DNA from: Selaginella moellendorffii
Lineage: Eukaryota > Plantae > Lycopodiophyta
Length of the DNA stretch: 64,000 nt
Assembly: GCF_000143415.4 (NCBI RefSeq)
Contig: NW_003314332.1
Location: 496,001-560,000, forward strand
Direction: 5' to 3'
Shown: piece after piece, positions 1-10,360 of the stretch
How positions within the stretch are numbered: the first letter of the stretch is position 1
How the letters are laid out: each line of letters begins with the position of its first letter
The notes under the pieces: generated by a model
The model's database searches: none
What the model saw: the letters and a program-made list of their open reading frames with translations, nothing else
Told to the model about the DNA's origin: nothing
Made by a program: the position numbers and the translations under genes

Positions 1-1835
1 TAAAACTAGACACCTGATTTGATGTGATTTGGTTTGTGTTCAGGTTTCGTCATAGGTACTGGCAACCAGAGTATGCGGGTAGCCTCTCCAAATTATTGGG
101 ATCTAGTTCAGTAAGTGTCAATTTCATGTTTCTAATTTAACTTTTGCTGCAGGCTCTGGGTTTTGTGAAGAAAACAGAGCTGTCGTCGGAAGTGCTGAGT
201 GCTGCAAATATGCTGTTGAGAAGGGGTCAACTGGTGAGGACCAAAGCCATGAACTTTATGTTCCCTTCGCCTTTGCACCGTCACTATTTTGCATCTTTAT
301 GTGCCACTGCAACGTTAACGCTGCCGAAGCTTCAAACAATGTGCATTGAGAGCTTTCTGGTCCATGTGATTCAAAGGATGAGTGCGGGACGTTTGGTGTG
401 TTCTGAATCTCTTGCAACTGATGATGGGACAATATACGAGCGACAATACCAGAATGAGTTCTATCGGTATGTTGCTATTTATGTTGTGTTGGCCTAACTG
501 AAAATCTTCTGTTACAGTGCATACTGCACACTTTTTGATGTGCCAATGTTCCTGGATGTTGGTAGACTGTACGGTGCGGCAGGACATGTTGATTTTTATC
601 TCGCAGCTCTCAAATGGGCTTTCGAAATCGCTCGGGATGGTATCAAACTTGGGGAATTGAAGGGCCGCTACCATGCATTGATATCGAAGGGAGTGGTGAA
701 GAAGTACATGGTAGTGAACATGGATGCAAGTGGTGTTGTTTATGAAGATGAGGTAGGATTGCTTCAGGTGATATTTGCAGATGGTTACAAGTGTAATCTT
801 ACAAGCTTAAATGCTGTTTTATTATTAAATAAAAATTATATTTTCTGTAATAAATAAATAATATATTTTATATAGTTTAAAAGTATTTTTTGCTATATAT
901 TTATAATTTTAGAAAGATAAAATATATTAATTCTAAATAATCAATAGTCTATATATGTTTTTCTCAGTTTAAATTTGTAAAAACCTTAAAGATAATTCTC
1001 GAATATATAATTATATATTTAAAATATTTTATTACAATATTAAACATCATCTATAACTGGGATTAGATTAATTATTTTAATAACTTCTTAAAGTTATTTA
1101 ATTAAATTTATGTACAAATGAAAAATCTTGAAGTGTGACAAAGGTCTACAAAAATTGCTTTGTCACTATAAAACTGAAAGAAAAAAAGAATGTACTAACT
1201 AACTATTATAAATATTGACAACTAAAACCTAGAGATAGAGAGTGGCTAGAAAAAGCTTTTTCTAAGTTGCTTTTCCTCAAAATTATACAATCTAAAAATT
1301 TAAATGATCATATTCAATGTCTCGTTGGATGGATGAAGAATCTATAGAGGTGTCTTTTGAAGACTATTATAAAGATATGATACACTAAATACTACAAACC
1401 ATGTGCATAAAATCTTGATTTTAAGGTTGAAAATCCTTCTCAAATTTATTATAAAGCTCCTCTACCGAGAATATGTCTAGATCACCTACTATCCTTAACA
1501 TCTTTGTAGTGGACATTTGTAAAATCTCATTACTATAATTTGTGATTTGTTAATATTGGCTGCGTTCTCCATTTTCCTCCAGGTCAGTCAGCCCTAATAG
1601 TCAACCCTAATGGCCGCGGGATCCACGTGGCAGGGGCCGGCCGGCTCAGCCCAAGAGGCGGAGCAAAATTCCGCAAATTTTGAAAACGCGCGCGCAAGGC
1701 CCATGGGCGGGAGAGTCCCGGATCCATTGTTAGGGCTTGGGAGCCACAGCCCGGCTCGCCCTAGGGTTTAAGCAGGTGAGTAAGCTGGATTGCATCGCCA
1801 TCGCCTTGTGAGCTAGCCGCGCCGCCTCTCCCAGG

Positions 1836-3988
1836 ATGTCCGACTCGTGCCTGGATGTGGAGGGCTTTCCAGTCGGCCTCGACACGGAAATGCAGGCGCT
1901 ACCCGCCTACAATCGCAAGGAAAAGTCTCTGGGCCTCCTGTGCGAGAAGTAAGTCATCGATGCTCTTTGTACACCTCTTGCGCTAAGCCCAACTCCCAAA
2001 TTGCAGCTTCCTCAGCTTGTATGGAGCTGAGCAAGGCACCGAGTGCATCAGCCTGGACGAAGCAGCATTCCGGCTAGGTATGTCTTCTTCTTTGAAAACA
2101 CTCTCCAGAGGATTTTTTTCTCCAAAACAAAGCTCAAGAACAAACACTAGGAATTCAGAAAGATCAACTTTTATTCTGGGTCTCGTTCTATCAGGTGTGG
2201 AAAGGAGGCGCATCTACGACATTGTAAATATTCTCGAGAGTGTAGAGGTGAGTAGTATACCATTAGAAGCCTTTGGTGTCATTGCACTTGTGTGTCTTTG
2301 GCATGACCAGGTGCTGGTGAGAAAAGCCAAGAACTGTTACATGTGGTACGGGTTTACGAGGCTTCCGCAGGCTTTGAAGGAGATGAAGGTACACACAGGC
2401 TGAGATTGTTTACAGTCTGAGAATGCTGCTTGTAACCAGCAAGCGGCTCTTCGGGAATATGGACTGGATGGCTGGGGAAGCGACAAGCATGAGGTGAGTT
2501 TGTCACTTGTATCTCGCTTGTTCCTGCTAAGGCTGTTTTGTGGACTGGCCAGGAGCACCACCACGATGACAGCGCGCTTGGAACACAGGAGTCTATCAAC
2601 ATGCCTGATAGTTCTACTGCGTGTCCATATACTGAGTCGTACAGCTTCTACAAGCCCAAGAGCAAAGCAGGTGACCTTGGCTGCATTGCCTTTGCCGTTT
2701 CAAGTGTTTTTTCAGATTGTAGGCGCGAGAAATCCCTTGGTCTGCTAAGCCAGAAGTTTGTGCAGCTGTTCCTCATCTCTCAGGTGGTCTGTTCTAATGC
2801 TACATGCGGTCGCTAACCTTGGACCCTGTGTACACGCAGACACAGGTAGTTTCGTTAGATGAAGCCGCCAGAGTTTTATTCGGAGGATGCACTGACCCTT
2901 CGAAGCTCAAAAGTAAGCTGTGATTTTTGCTTGGCATCGTGGTGCTTGACTTTGGTTTGCAGCAAAAGTCAGGCGCCTCTACGACATTGCCAACGTGTTG
3001 ACCTCGCTTCAGCTGATTGAAAAGGTTGGCCTTCCTTGCTGTAGGCTGTGATTAACGCTTTTCACAGACTCACGGGACGGAGAACCGGAAGCCTGCATTC
3101 AAATGGCTTGGAGTGAGAGACAATGGCAAGTTCAAAAGTTTCTTACGTGGCTTACGTGGTGCTTATCTCTTCCAGGAGTCCTTTTCAAGAAACGCCAGTT
3201 CCGGCCGTGTAAGCCGACCGATCCGTTCGCAGCCAACGCCACCAAGCGGCAAACACTGAAGCGCGGGGCGGTACCTTACGAACAACACCACACGGGTAAA
3301 CGATCCAACTTGAAACCCTTGCAGCCCAAGTGTGCAAGCTTTGCAGGAAGCACTTCTCTTGCTTGTAACACTAGTGGTCATGCTGACGGAGTTGCATTTG
3401 TTGACGCATCATCCTATGCTGCTGCTGCTGCTGCTGCTTCTGCTTCTGCCGCTCCTGTCCCCCCTGCGGGCTTCCCATATAGTATGGTGCATTTTGGTGG
3501 TGCTGCTGCTCCTTGTGGATGGTTGCATGCGTGGGATGGTGGTGGACGTGATTCATGCAGGTGTGCGGATTATAGGTGCAGCCATTCATGCTCCATGTTG
3601 CCTTCGTTTGCAGCTGAGTGCTCCTGTTGCCTGAATGACTTGGTGGTGCCAAGATGTCCTCCGGCCAACCTTTGTCAATGTCCTTGTAGCATAATGCGTG
3701 GGCTGGGTGCAGGACTGGGTGGAGGTTACGGCACCAACAGCACCACCACCTCCAATCAGCAGCAGCTACAGCAGTGCCCACTCCACTTTGGGATTGCGGC
3801 TGCGATGCAGTACCAGAACGAGAGTGAGTTTTCACCAAGCTTTTTCTCGCTGTTAACCCGTGAAGTTGTGGCATGCAGCGTTGAACGGCGTGCTTGCACA
3901 CTACGTCGAGTGCTGGAGAAGTATGTGCTTTCAAGGCCAGCAGCGTGGGCTTGATCCCACGTCGTGTGATTCGGCATTTAAAAAGTAG
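1836..3988 (+). CDS. DEL1: Atypical E2F (DEL/E2FE-type) transcription factor, multi-exon
   Basis: Two E2F DNA-binding domains (YNRKEKSLGLLCE...GVERRRIYDIVNILES; RREKSLGLLSQKFVQLF...VRRLYDIANVL..L.LIEK, RKPAFKWLG) split by GT-AG introns. C-terminal YQNE.L....HYVECW motif. ATG 1836, stop TAG 3986-3988. Confidence 0.9.
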
Positions 3989-4041
3989 AAGAGCTGGCTT
4001 TCGAAGAAGAAGGCCCTCCTTTCAGTGCAGTCTAGTGCTCA

Positions 4042-4155
4042 AAGAACTGGTTGGAAAGAACTACTCCTGATGTTGGGGCGTGGAAGAACTTGCTGGGAGC
4101 TTTTGCTAGCTTCGCTTCGCTTGATCAATCGAGCGAAACTTGATGCTGTCCAAGG
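4042..4155 (+). pseudogene. Deletion-riddled remnant of the PPR-B 3' end / PPR-A 5' start junction
   Basis: AAGAACTGGTTGGAA..TACTCCTGATGTTGG.GCGTGGAAGAA..TGCTGGGAGCTT..GCTAGCTTCGCTT..GATC.ATCGAGCGAAAC..GATGCTG matches the reverse complement of 16540-16760, and TCCAAGG matches the start of the 8210 ORF. Confidence 0.75.
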
Positions 4156-4419
4156 AGAATAATCAAAGGAAATTCTCCGTCTAGTGATCCTAGTGATACC
4201 CAAAGGTGCTCCGATCTTCCCATCGTCGGATCCGGCCTGAATTGCTCCAGAGCTCTGGAGTGTGATCGGAGCGCTATACGAATTGGTCCGCACGGTTAGA
4301 CCACGAGTTATAATCCAGCTACGTTCGCCACCTTCTTCACGCACCTTCATCATTCAAATTGTAAACAAATCAAATTTCAGATTTTATTAAATTGTCTTGA
4401 ATGACAAAAGTTTTCAAAG

Positions 4420-5592
4420 CTAGTTTTCAGAGGGTGGCATTGGAATACCACACCCTGGAAGTAAATTTAATCTTGGAGAGATAAAATTGCCATGTAGAAC
4501 AAATTGAGATGATACCTCATAGAAATGTTGTGTGTAATGTGTGCCATCCCAAGTAACATGTTCTCCAGGATTTTTACAAGTAGTGCCATTTGTTTGTCCA
4601 CAACCACAAAGTGCTAAACCTTCACAATGATAATCATTTCCTGGTATACCACAACAAGCACTTTTATAGCTTTTAAATTTGTAGTGATGCATGTTCTTTA
4701 TCACATGATCAGTTGCTGCAAACCAATCAAAATGATATATGTTAATATCATCATTTTGGTAATTAATATCAATCACCATATCCAAAAGCTGTTTGTTAAA
4801 GGTTTCAAATACTTGTGTAACCTCAACAATACATCCAAACTGATCAGTATGTGTATTAAAGATATCAGCAAATTCTGTAAATGCAGATATATAACCTGGA
4901 GCACAATCTGAACGAGGAAGATTCACTACTAGGAAATTTCTTGCTCCAGATTCATATAAACTCAAAATACTGGATTTAATTCCCGATAGCACAGATGGAA
5001 TAGTGGTATTTAAAATATCTGGAAAACGTGGCATCATATAATTAATATCATTGCCCCCAATCTCAATAAAATAAAGTGCTTTGTTATATAATACATTTTT
5101 ATCCACTTCAGCTCCATCTTGATAATCTTTCACTTGTTCTTTGTGCCATAAAAAATCTGAAACTTGTGCAGATAATATGTGAGGTGTAGCAAAAGGATTA
5201 CTATAAACAGAAGGTGGACAAACAGTAGCTCCAGCATAACCGAAATTCAAGCTTGTAAAATAAGTACCATTATATGTTAAGCTAGGACGTGCAGAATCAC
5301 CGAGCTTGAGACCACGAGTTAAGAAATCAATAAGCAAATATCCATCACTATATCTCCCAGTAGGCTTTCCAATTGTCATTCCATATGGAAAAGATCCGGA
5401 AAGACTAGTATTACCAGAAGCAAGTGCTTCAAGATTACGATTTCCAGTGTCAGATAGTGAATCAGTAAGACTGAAGATTGCAGTCGGGCACAATACTGAT
5501 GGAAAATTTTGACGAGCATTAACTTGAAACATAAAAAACATCAAGAGAACCACAAATGACATCAAAGATATGGGAGCCATTGAAAAAGTCAT
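4420..5592 (-). CDS. GDSL esterase/lipase, intronless and AT-rich (copy 1)
   Basis: Signal peptide; FSLTDSLSDTGN, PYG...PTGRYSDG, NFGYAGAT, IEIGGND and WDGTH blocks. The ATG at 5580 aligns with the start of copy 2. Confidence 0.92.
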   Translation of the reverse strand: MTFSMAPISLMSFVVLLMFFMFQVNARQNFPSVLCPTAIFSLTDSLSDTGNRNLEALASGNTSLSGSFPYGMTIGKPTGRYSDGYLLIDFLTRGLKLGDSARPSLTYNGTYFTSLNFGYAGATVCPPSVYSNPFATPHILSAQVSDFLWHKEQVKDYQDGAEVDKNVLYNKALYFIEIGGNDINYMMPRFPDILNTTIPSVLSGIKSSILSLYESGARNFLVVNLPRSDCAPGYISAFTEFADIFNTHTDQFGCIVEVTQVFETFNKQLLDMVIDINYQNDDINIYHFDWFAATDHVIKNMHHYKFKSYKSACCGIPGNDYHCEGLALCGCGQTNGTTCKNPGEHVTWDGTHYTQHFYEVSSQFVLHGNFISPRLNLLPGCGIPMPPSEN

Positions 5593-5749
5593 GAGAATGA
5601 ATGAATTGTGTTTGAAGAATGATTATATTTATATGTGTGTGTGGTGTTATTTTTATTTCACTCTTGATATTTTTACATAACAAGGTTCACAATTATACAC
5701 TTCATTTCTATTTCTATCGAAATTAGTCTCAATCATAAATTCCTAGCAG

Positions 5750-6656
5750 CATGGTTGGTCCCGACCATTCCTAATGCCGACCGGCCGACCGTGGTTATCG
5801 ACCGGCTGTAAAAATGCCGAACGGCCGAATGGTTCACAAAATGTTTTTGAAAAAAAAAAAAAACATTTTTGTAAAACCACATTAATAAAAGTAGGAAAAC
5901 CAAAGCATTAAACCAAACCAAACTAAACCAACTACTACTCATCTTCTTCAATATCTTCAGTAAGTTCCTCGACATCTCTAGCATCTTTTTCAACAATCAC
6001 ATCTTCATTTGAAAAATTTTCTTCGGCTAAATCTTCTATACCAAGAGATTCAAGCCTAGCTTGCATCTTTACAATCCTCATCCATTGTGATTCGATTGTA
6101 ATTGTGTCGAGATCAATTTCTAGGAATGTCATTCCTTCACTTTCAATACGATCCACCACTCTAGTGTTATTATGTACATAAACCAACTTCTTCAAGTTTT
6201 CCAGAAGCAAGTGATTGCGTCGTTTGGTTTAGATCAAGTTCCAACTACTCTAATTTTGCTCACATAGAGAAGAGCACACTCCTTGGCTCAACACACGAAG
6301 TGCTAACTTCCTAAGCTCAGGCATCTCATATTCATAAAATTCCCACCAAGACATTGGGAATTTCCTTTTTAATTCGTTTCAGCGGACTGCCATATATTTT
6401 ACCACAATAATTACATTTCCAATGCCTAGCTCCTTTGCCGGAAGCATAAGGAGTGAGCTTAGTAACATGGGACCATGCCCAATCGGGTGCCATCGCTCAA
6501 TTGTGCCAGAATCGCTACGAATCGCTAGAATCAAATCTCTGAAATCACTGGAATCGTAATTTCCATTTTAGGGCAAAAATTTCATGGGAATCACCAAACG
6601 GAGCTGTCTGACCGCATTCGGCGGATTTCGGCCGAACGCAGTCAGGACCAACCATG
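5750..6656 (-). mobile_element. Non-autonomous hAT DNA transposon, copy 1 (907 bp)
   Basis: TIRs CATGGTTGGTCCCGAC / GTCAGGACCAACCATG; 8-bp TSD CCTAGCAG (5742-5749) / CTTAGCAG (6657-6664). Internal stop-interrupted hAT dimerisation-domain fragment (WWEFYEYEMPELRKLALRVLSQ...NHLLLENLKKLVYVH). Confidence 0.9.
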
Positions 6657-6800
6657 CTTAGCAGGCGAGAGAGCCGAGAGAGCCAATCGAGCAAAGACCC
6701 AGCAGCAGTGCCAGCAGCAGCATGATCGGGACTGACTTGCCATGGCAAAGATCTTCATTGGCAAACAATAGTATACTTCCAAGGTAGAGAATGTCGAGAG

Positions 6801-8019
6801 TATGGTTGGTCCTGACTGCGTTCGGCTGAAATCCCGACCGCCGCCAAACGCGGTTGGACAGGTCCGTTTGGTGATTCTGTTCAGCAAAAAAAATGGTGAT
6901 CGCACTAGGTTTCTGATGCTGCTGCGGCTATCGCCATCGCCACTACATCTCCACTGCTTTGCTGTTCTCCTGCTGCTATGGAGAGATCCATCCATCAGAT
7001 TCCATCCACGAATGCCCAGCCCAGCAAGCCTACATAGAATCCGACAAAGAGGGCTATAGCCTATAGGAGCTGCGTGCGTACCGAGCTCTATAGGGCGACA
7101 CTCTCCGGCCTCTGCTTTCGATTGAGCGTGGTGCAGCTCGCTAAGGTCTCGCAAATCAAATAGCCCATGAAATTTTTGCCCTAAAATGGAAATTACGATT
7201 CCAGTGATTTTAGAGATTTGATTCTAGCGATTTATAGCAATTCTAGCACAATTGAGCGATGGTGCCCGATTGGGCATGGTCCCATGTTACCAAGCTCACT
7301 CCTTATGCTTCCGGCAAAGGAGCTGGGCATTGGAAATGTAATTATTGTGGTAAAATGTATGGCGGTCCACTGAAACGAATCAAAAAGGAAATTCCTAGTG
7401 TCTTGGTGGGAATTTTATGAATATGAGATGCCTGAGCTTATGAAGTTAGCACTTTGTGTGTTGAGCTAAAGAGTGTGCTCTTCTCCATGTGAGCGAAATT
7501 AGAGTAGTTGGAACTTGATCCAAACCAAACTATGCAATCACTTGCTTCTGGAGAACTTGAAGAAGTTAGTTTATGTACACAGTAACATCAGAGTGGTGGA
7601 TCGTATTGAAAGTGAAGGAATGACATTCCTAGAAATCGATCTCGACACAATTACAATCGAATCACAATGGATGAAGATTGTAAAGATGCAAGCTAGGCTT
7701 GAATCTCTTGGTATAGAAGATTTAGCTGAAGAAAATTTTTCAAATGAAGATGTGATTGTTGAAAAAGATGCTAGAGATGTCGAGGAACTTGCCGAAGATA
7801 TTGAAGAAAATAAGTAGTAGTTGGTTTAGTTTGGTTTGGTTTGGTTTGGTTTAATGCTTTGGTTTTCTTACTTTTATTAATGTGGTTTTACTAAAAATAT
7901 TTTTTTTTTTTCAAAAAAAATTTGTGAACCGTTCGGCCGTTCGGCATTTTCACAACCGGTTGATAACCACAGTCCGGCGGTCGGCCGGTCGGTGTTCGGA
8001 ACAGTCAGGACCAATCATG
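6801..8019 (+). mobile_element. Non-autonomous hAT DNA transposon, copy 2 (1219 bp), inverted relative to copy 1
   Basis: TIRs TATGGTTGGTCCTGAC / GTCAGGACCAATCATG; perfect 8-bp TSD GTCGAGAG (6793-6800 and 8020-8027). Same hAT C-terminal fragment with stops; ~290 bp (about 6878-7164) absent from copy 1. Confidence 0.92.
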
Positions 8020-8181
8020 GTCGAGAGAGTGTTCGTCGTCATGCCGACGAGGAATGGGCTGCTCCCAGCGAACGGGAAGATCGCTGGGAGCGGCACCTTA
8101 GAGAGCTCTTCGATCAGATGGACGTGAAGGCACCATCGTCATGAGTCTTAACTCCTCCTCTCTAATATCATGAGAGGGTAG
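8020..8181 (+). pseudogene. Collapsed remnant of PPR-B (paralog of 16578-18500)
   Basis: Colinear blocks matching PPR-B: GTTC.TCGTCATGCC.ACGAGGAA, GGGCTGCTC, ACGGGAAGAT, AGAGAGCTCTTCGATC.GATGGA.GTGAAGG, CTCCTCCTCTCTAATATC.TGAGAGG.TAG. Confidence 0.85.
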
Positions 8182-8209
8182 CCTTTGCTCGATCAGTCAA
8201 GCGAAACCG

Positions 8210-10084
8210 ATGCTCTCCAAGGCCGAGTGCGTGGATCTCATCACTTCCGCCATGAATTCCTCGCAGGCGATCGATGCCCACTCGCGGATCGCGGTCGCCC
8301 AGAAGCAAATGCTGCCTGGCGATCGCTGCTACCTCTCCAATCTCGTCATCCTTCGCTATGGCAAGCTGGGCGAGATCCAGCGCGCACGAGCGGTCTTTGA
8401 TTCCATGGAGCGACGCGATTGCCACTCGTGGGTCATTATGTTCTTGGCACACGCCCAAGAAGGGCATCTCGCTGCTGCCAAGGAGCTCTTCGATCGGATG
8501 CCAAACAAGAACCTCGTGGCCTGGAATTCTATCCTCACAGCGCTCTCCCAGCACGGCTCCGTCGATCAGGCTAAGAACATCTTCGATTTCGCGCCCCTCC
8601 ATGATCGAATTTCCTGGAACGCAATGCTAGCGGCGTATGCCGGGATTGGGCATCGTATGCTCGCGCAGGAGACATTCGATGCGATGCCCGAGCGCGATAT
8701 CGTGTCCTGGACGGCGCTTCTCACCGCCCTCGCAAGAAGCGGCCGATCGGATCGCGTGGAGGAGCTGTTCGCGGCGATGCCAGTGAGGGATCTAGTGTCG
8801 TGGAATTCGATCGTCGGCGCATATGCCCTTGGAGGGCATCTGGAGGAGGCCAAGCGAGCGTACGATTCCATGCCCGAAAGAAACATTGTCTCGAGCACGA
8901 CGATGCTTAGCGTTTTTGCGCAAACCGGGCACATTGGCAGCGCCAGAGCGGTGTTTGATTCGATGCCCGAGAGGAACTTCGTGTCGTGGAGCGCTATGAT
9001 CTGTGCATATGCCCAAGCAGGGTATCTACGAAATGCGGAAGAACTTCTGGCGTGCTCGGCCGAGGTGAGCGTCGTGTCCATCAATGCGATCATGGCGGCT
9101 TACACGCGCAGGGGCGATTTCGATCAAGCTAAGCAGCTGTTTGATTCCATGCGCGAGCGGGATCTTGTTTCGTGGAACTCGCTTCTTGCGGCATTTGCCG
9201 AAAAAGGGGATCTTGATTCCGTAGAAACTCTGTTTTCTAGAATGAAAGAGATCGATGCTGTGTCGTGCAACACAGTTCTGGCAGCATACTCGCAAAATGG
9301 AAAGCTTTCCAGCGCTGTAAACGTATTGAGTTCAATGCCCGAGCGGCATCTTCTCTCCTGCAACGCTATGATCGCGGCCTTTGTTCAAAACGGGCATTTG
9401 GAGGATGCCAAGTGCTTGTTCGACGACATGCCCCAGAGAGACGTTTTCTCTTTCACGGCTTTGCTCTCCGGCTATGGCGGCCAAGGCTTTCTCCAGGAAG
9501 CGCGAGAGCTCTTCTTCCAAATACCCGAGCAAGACACAGTCTCTTGGAACGCAATGCTTTCGGCATTCTCCACGAAAGGGCTTCTTCCAGAGGCAAATCG
9601 CCACTTCGACACAATGCCAGACACGGATCTCGTGTCCTGGAACTCGATCATAGCCGCATACGCTCAGAACGGCCACCCCTCCACCGCTGAGGAGCTCTTC
9701 TTCGCAATGAACACGCAAGGGGTGACCCCGGACGAGACATCCTTCATTTGCATCGCTTTGGGTTACAGCCATGGCGGGGACGTTTCCTCAGCGTGCTGCT
9801 GCCTCGCTTCGATGGTAGCGGAGTTTGGATTGAAGCCCTCGAGGCAAGTCTACTGCTGCATGGTAGATTGCTTGGGACGCACAGGGCGTGTGGAAGAGGC
9901 CGAGGATCTTGTGAGGAGCATGCCTTACGAGCCAGTGTCCGTGGATTGGACGTGCTTGCTGGGAGCAAAGTCTAGAAATCGAGGACAAAGATCTCATGCT
10001 GTTCTCCTAGAACAAGCTTTGAGTGTAGATTCTAGGAATTCTTCTGCCTATGTTCTTCTGGCAAATAGCAGCAATTTTGTTTAG
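8210..10084 (+). CDS. PLS-class pentatricopeptide repeat protein (PPR-A) with truncated E domain
   Basis: Tandem ~31-aa repeats (FDSMPERNxVSW), YCCMVDCLGRTGRVEEAEDLVRSMP, and SAYVLLAN at the end; intronless. Confidence 0.9.
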   Translation: MLSKAECVDLITSAMNSSQAIDAHSRIAVAQKQMLPGDRCYLSNLVILRYGKLGEIQRARAVFDSMERRDCHSWVIMFLAHAQEGHLAAAKELFDRMPNKNLVAWNSILTALSQHGSVDQAKNIFDFAPLHDRISWNAMLAAYAGIGHRMLAQETFDAMPERDIVSWTALLTALARSGRSDRVEELFAAMPVRDLVSWNSIVGAYALGGHLEEAKRAYDSMPERNIVSSTTMLSVFAQTGHIGSARAVFDSMPERNFVSWSAMICAYAQAGYLRNAEELLACSAEVSVVSINAIMAAYTRRGDFDQAKQLFDSMRERDLVSWNSLLAAFAEKGDLDSVETLFSRMKEIDAVSCNTVLAAYSQNGKLSSAVNVLSSMPERHLLSCNAMIAAFVQNGHLEDAKCLFDDMPQRDVFSFTALLSGYGGQGFLQEARELFFQIPEQDTVSWNAMLSAFSTKGLLPEANRHFDTMPDTDLVSWNSIIAAYAQNGHPSTAEELFFAMNTQGVTPDETSFICIALGYSHGGDVSSACCCLASMVAEFGLKPSRQVYCCMVDCLGRTGRVEEAEDLVRSMPYEPVSVDWTCLLGAKSRNRGQRSHAVLLEQALSVDSRNSSAYVLLANSSNFV

Positions 10085-10167
10085 AACTACTGTGTAAGTG
10101 ATGCTGTTCTAGAACAAGCTTTGAGTGTAGATTCTATTAGGAATTCTTCAAATAATAGCAATTTTGT
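9996..10167 (+). repeat. Imperfect tandem duplication of the PPR-A 3' end
   Basis: ATGCTGTTCT(CCT)AGAACAAGCTTTGAGTGTAGATTCTA..GGAATTCTTC..AAATA..AGCAATTTTGT at 9996-10080 and again at 10101-10167. Confidence 0.85.
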
Positions 10168-10360
10168 GTCCTCGTGATTAAAGAGGTTCTTTGATAGATC
10201 ATGATGTTGTCACTATGATTAAGAGGATATTCTATGAGATACCCCATTTTGAATGGTTCTCATTTGTTCCTTGGTACGCTACAAGAGCTACTTTGTATAA
10301 AATACTATTGGGCGTTTGGATATAAATTTAGGGTTCTTGGAGGTTTAATGGCGCCCATCC

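Noticed and set aside
1-857. Short + strand ORFs with splice-like sites at the window start
   Set aside because: Probably the tail of a gene or transposon remnant, but no recognisable motif, so no product can be supported.
858-1560. AT-rich block with an FEDYYK-like translation suggesting a PAZ or Dicer fragment
   Set aside because: Multiple stops and too short a match to support.
1640-1720. E2F-like site GGCGGGAGA and TTTGAA upstream of the DEL gene
   Set aside because: One mismatch to the consensus in a GC-rich promoter; plausible but not distinguishable from chance.
5750-8019. A single foldback or Mutator-like element with ~900-bp TIRs
   Set aside because: Internal TIRs and two separate 8-bp TSDs show two independent hAT insertions.
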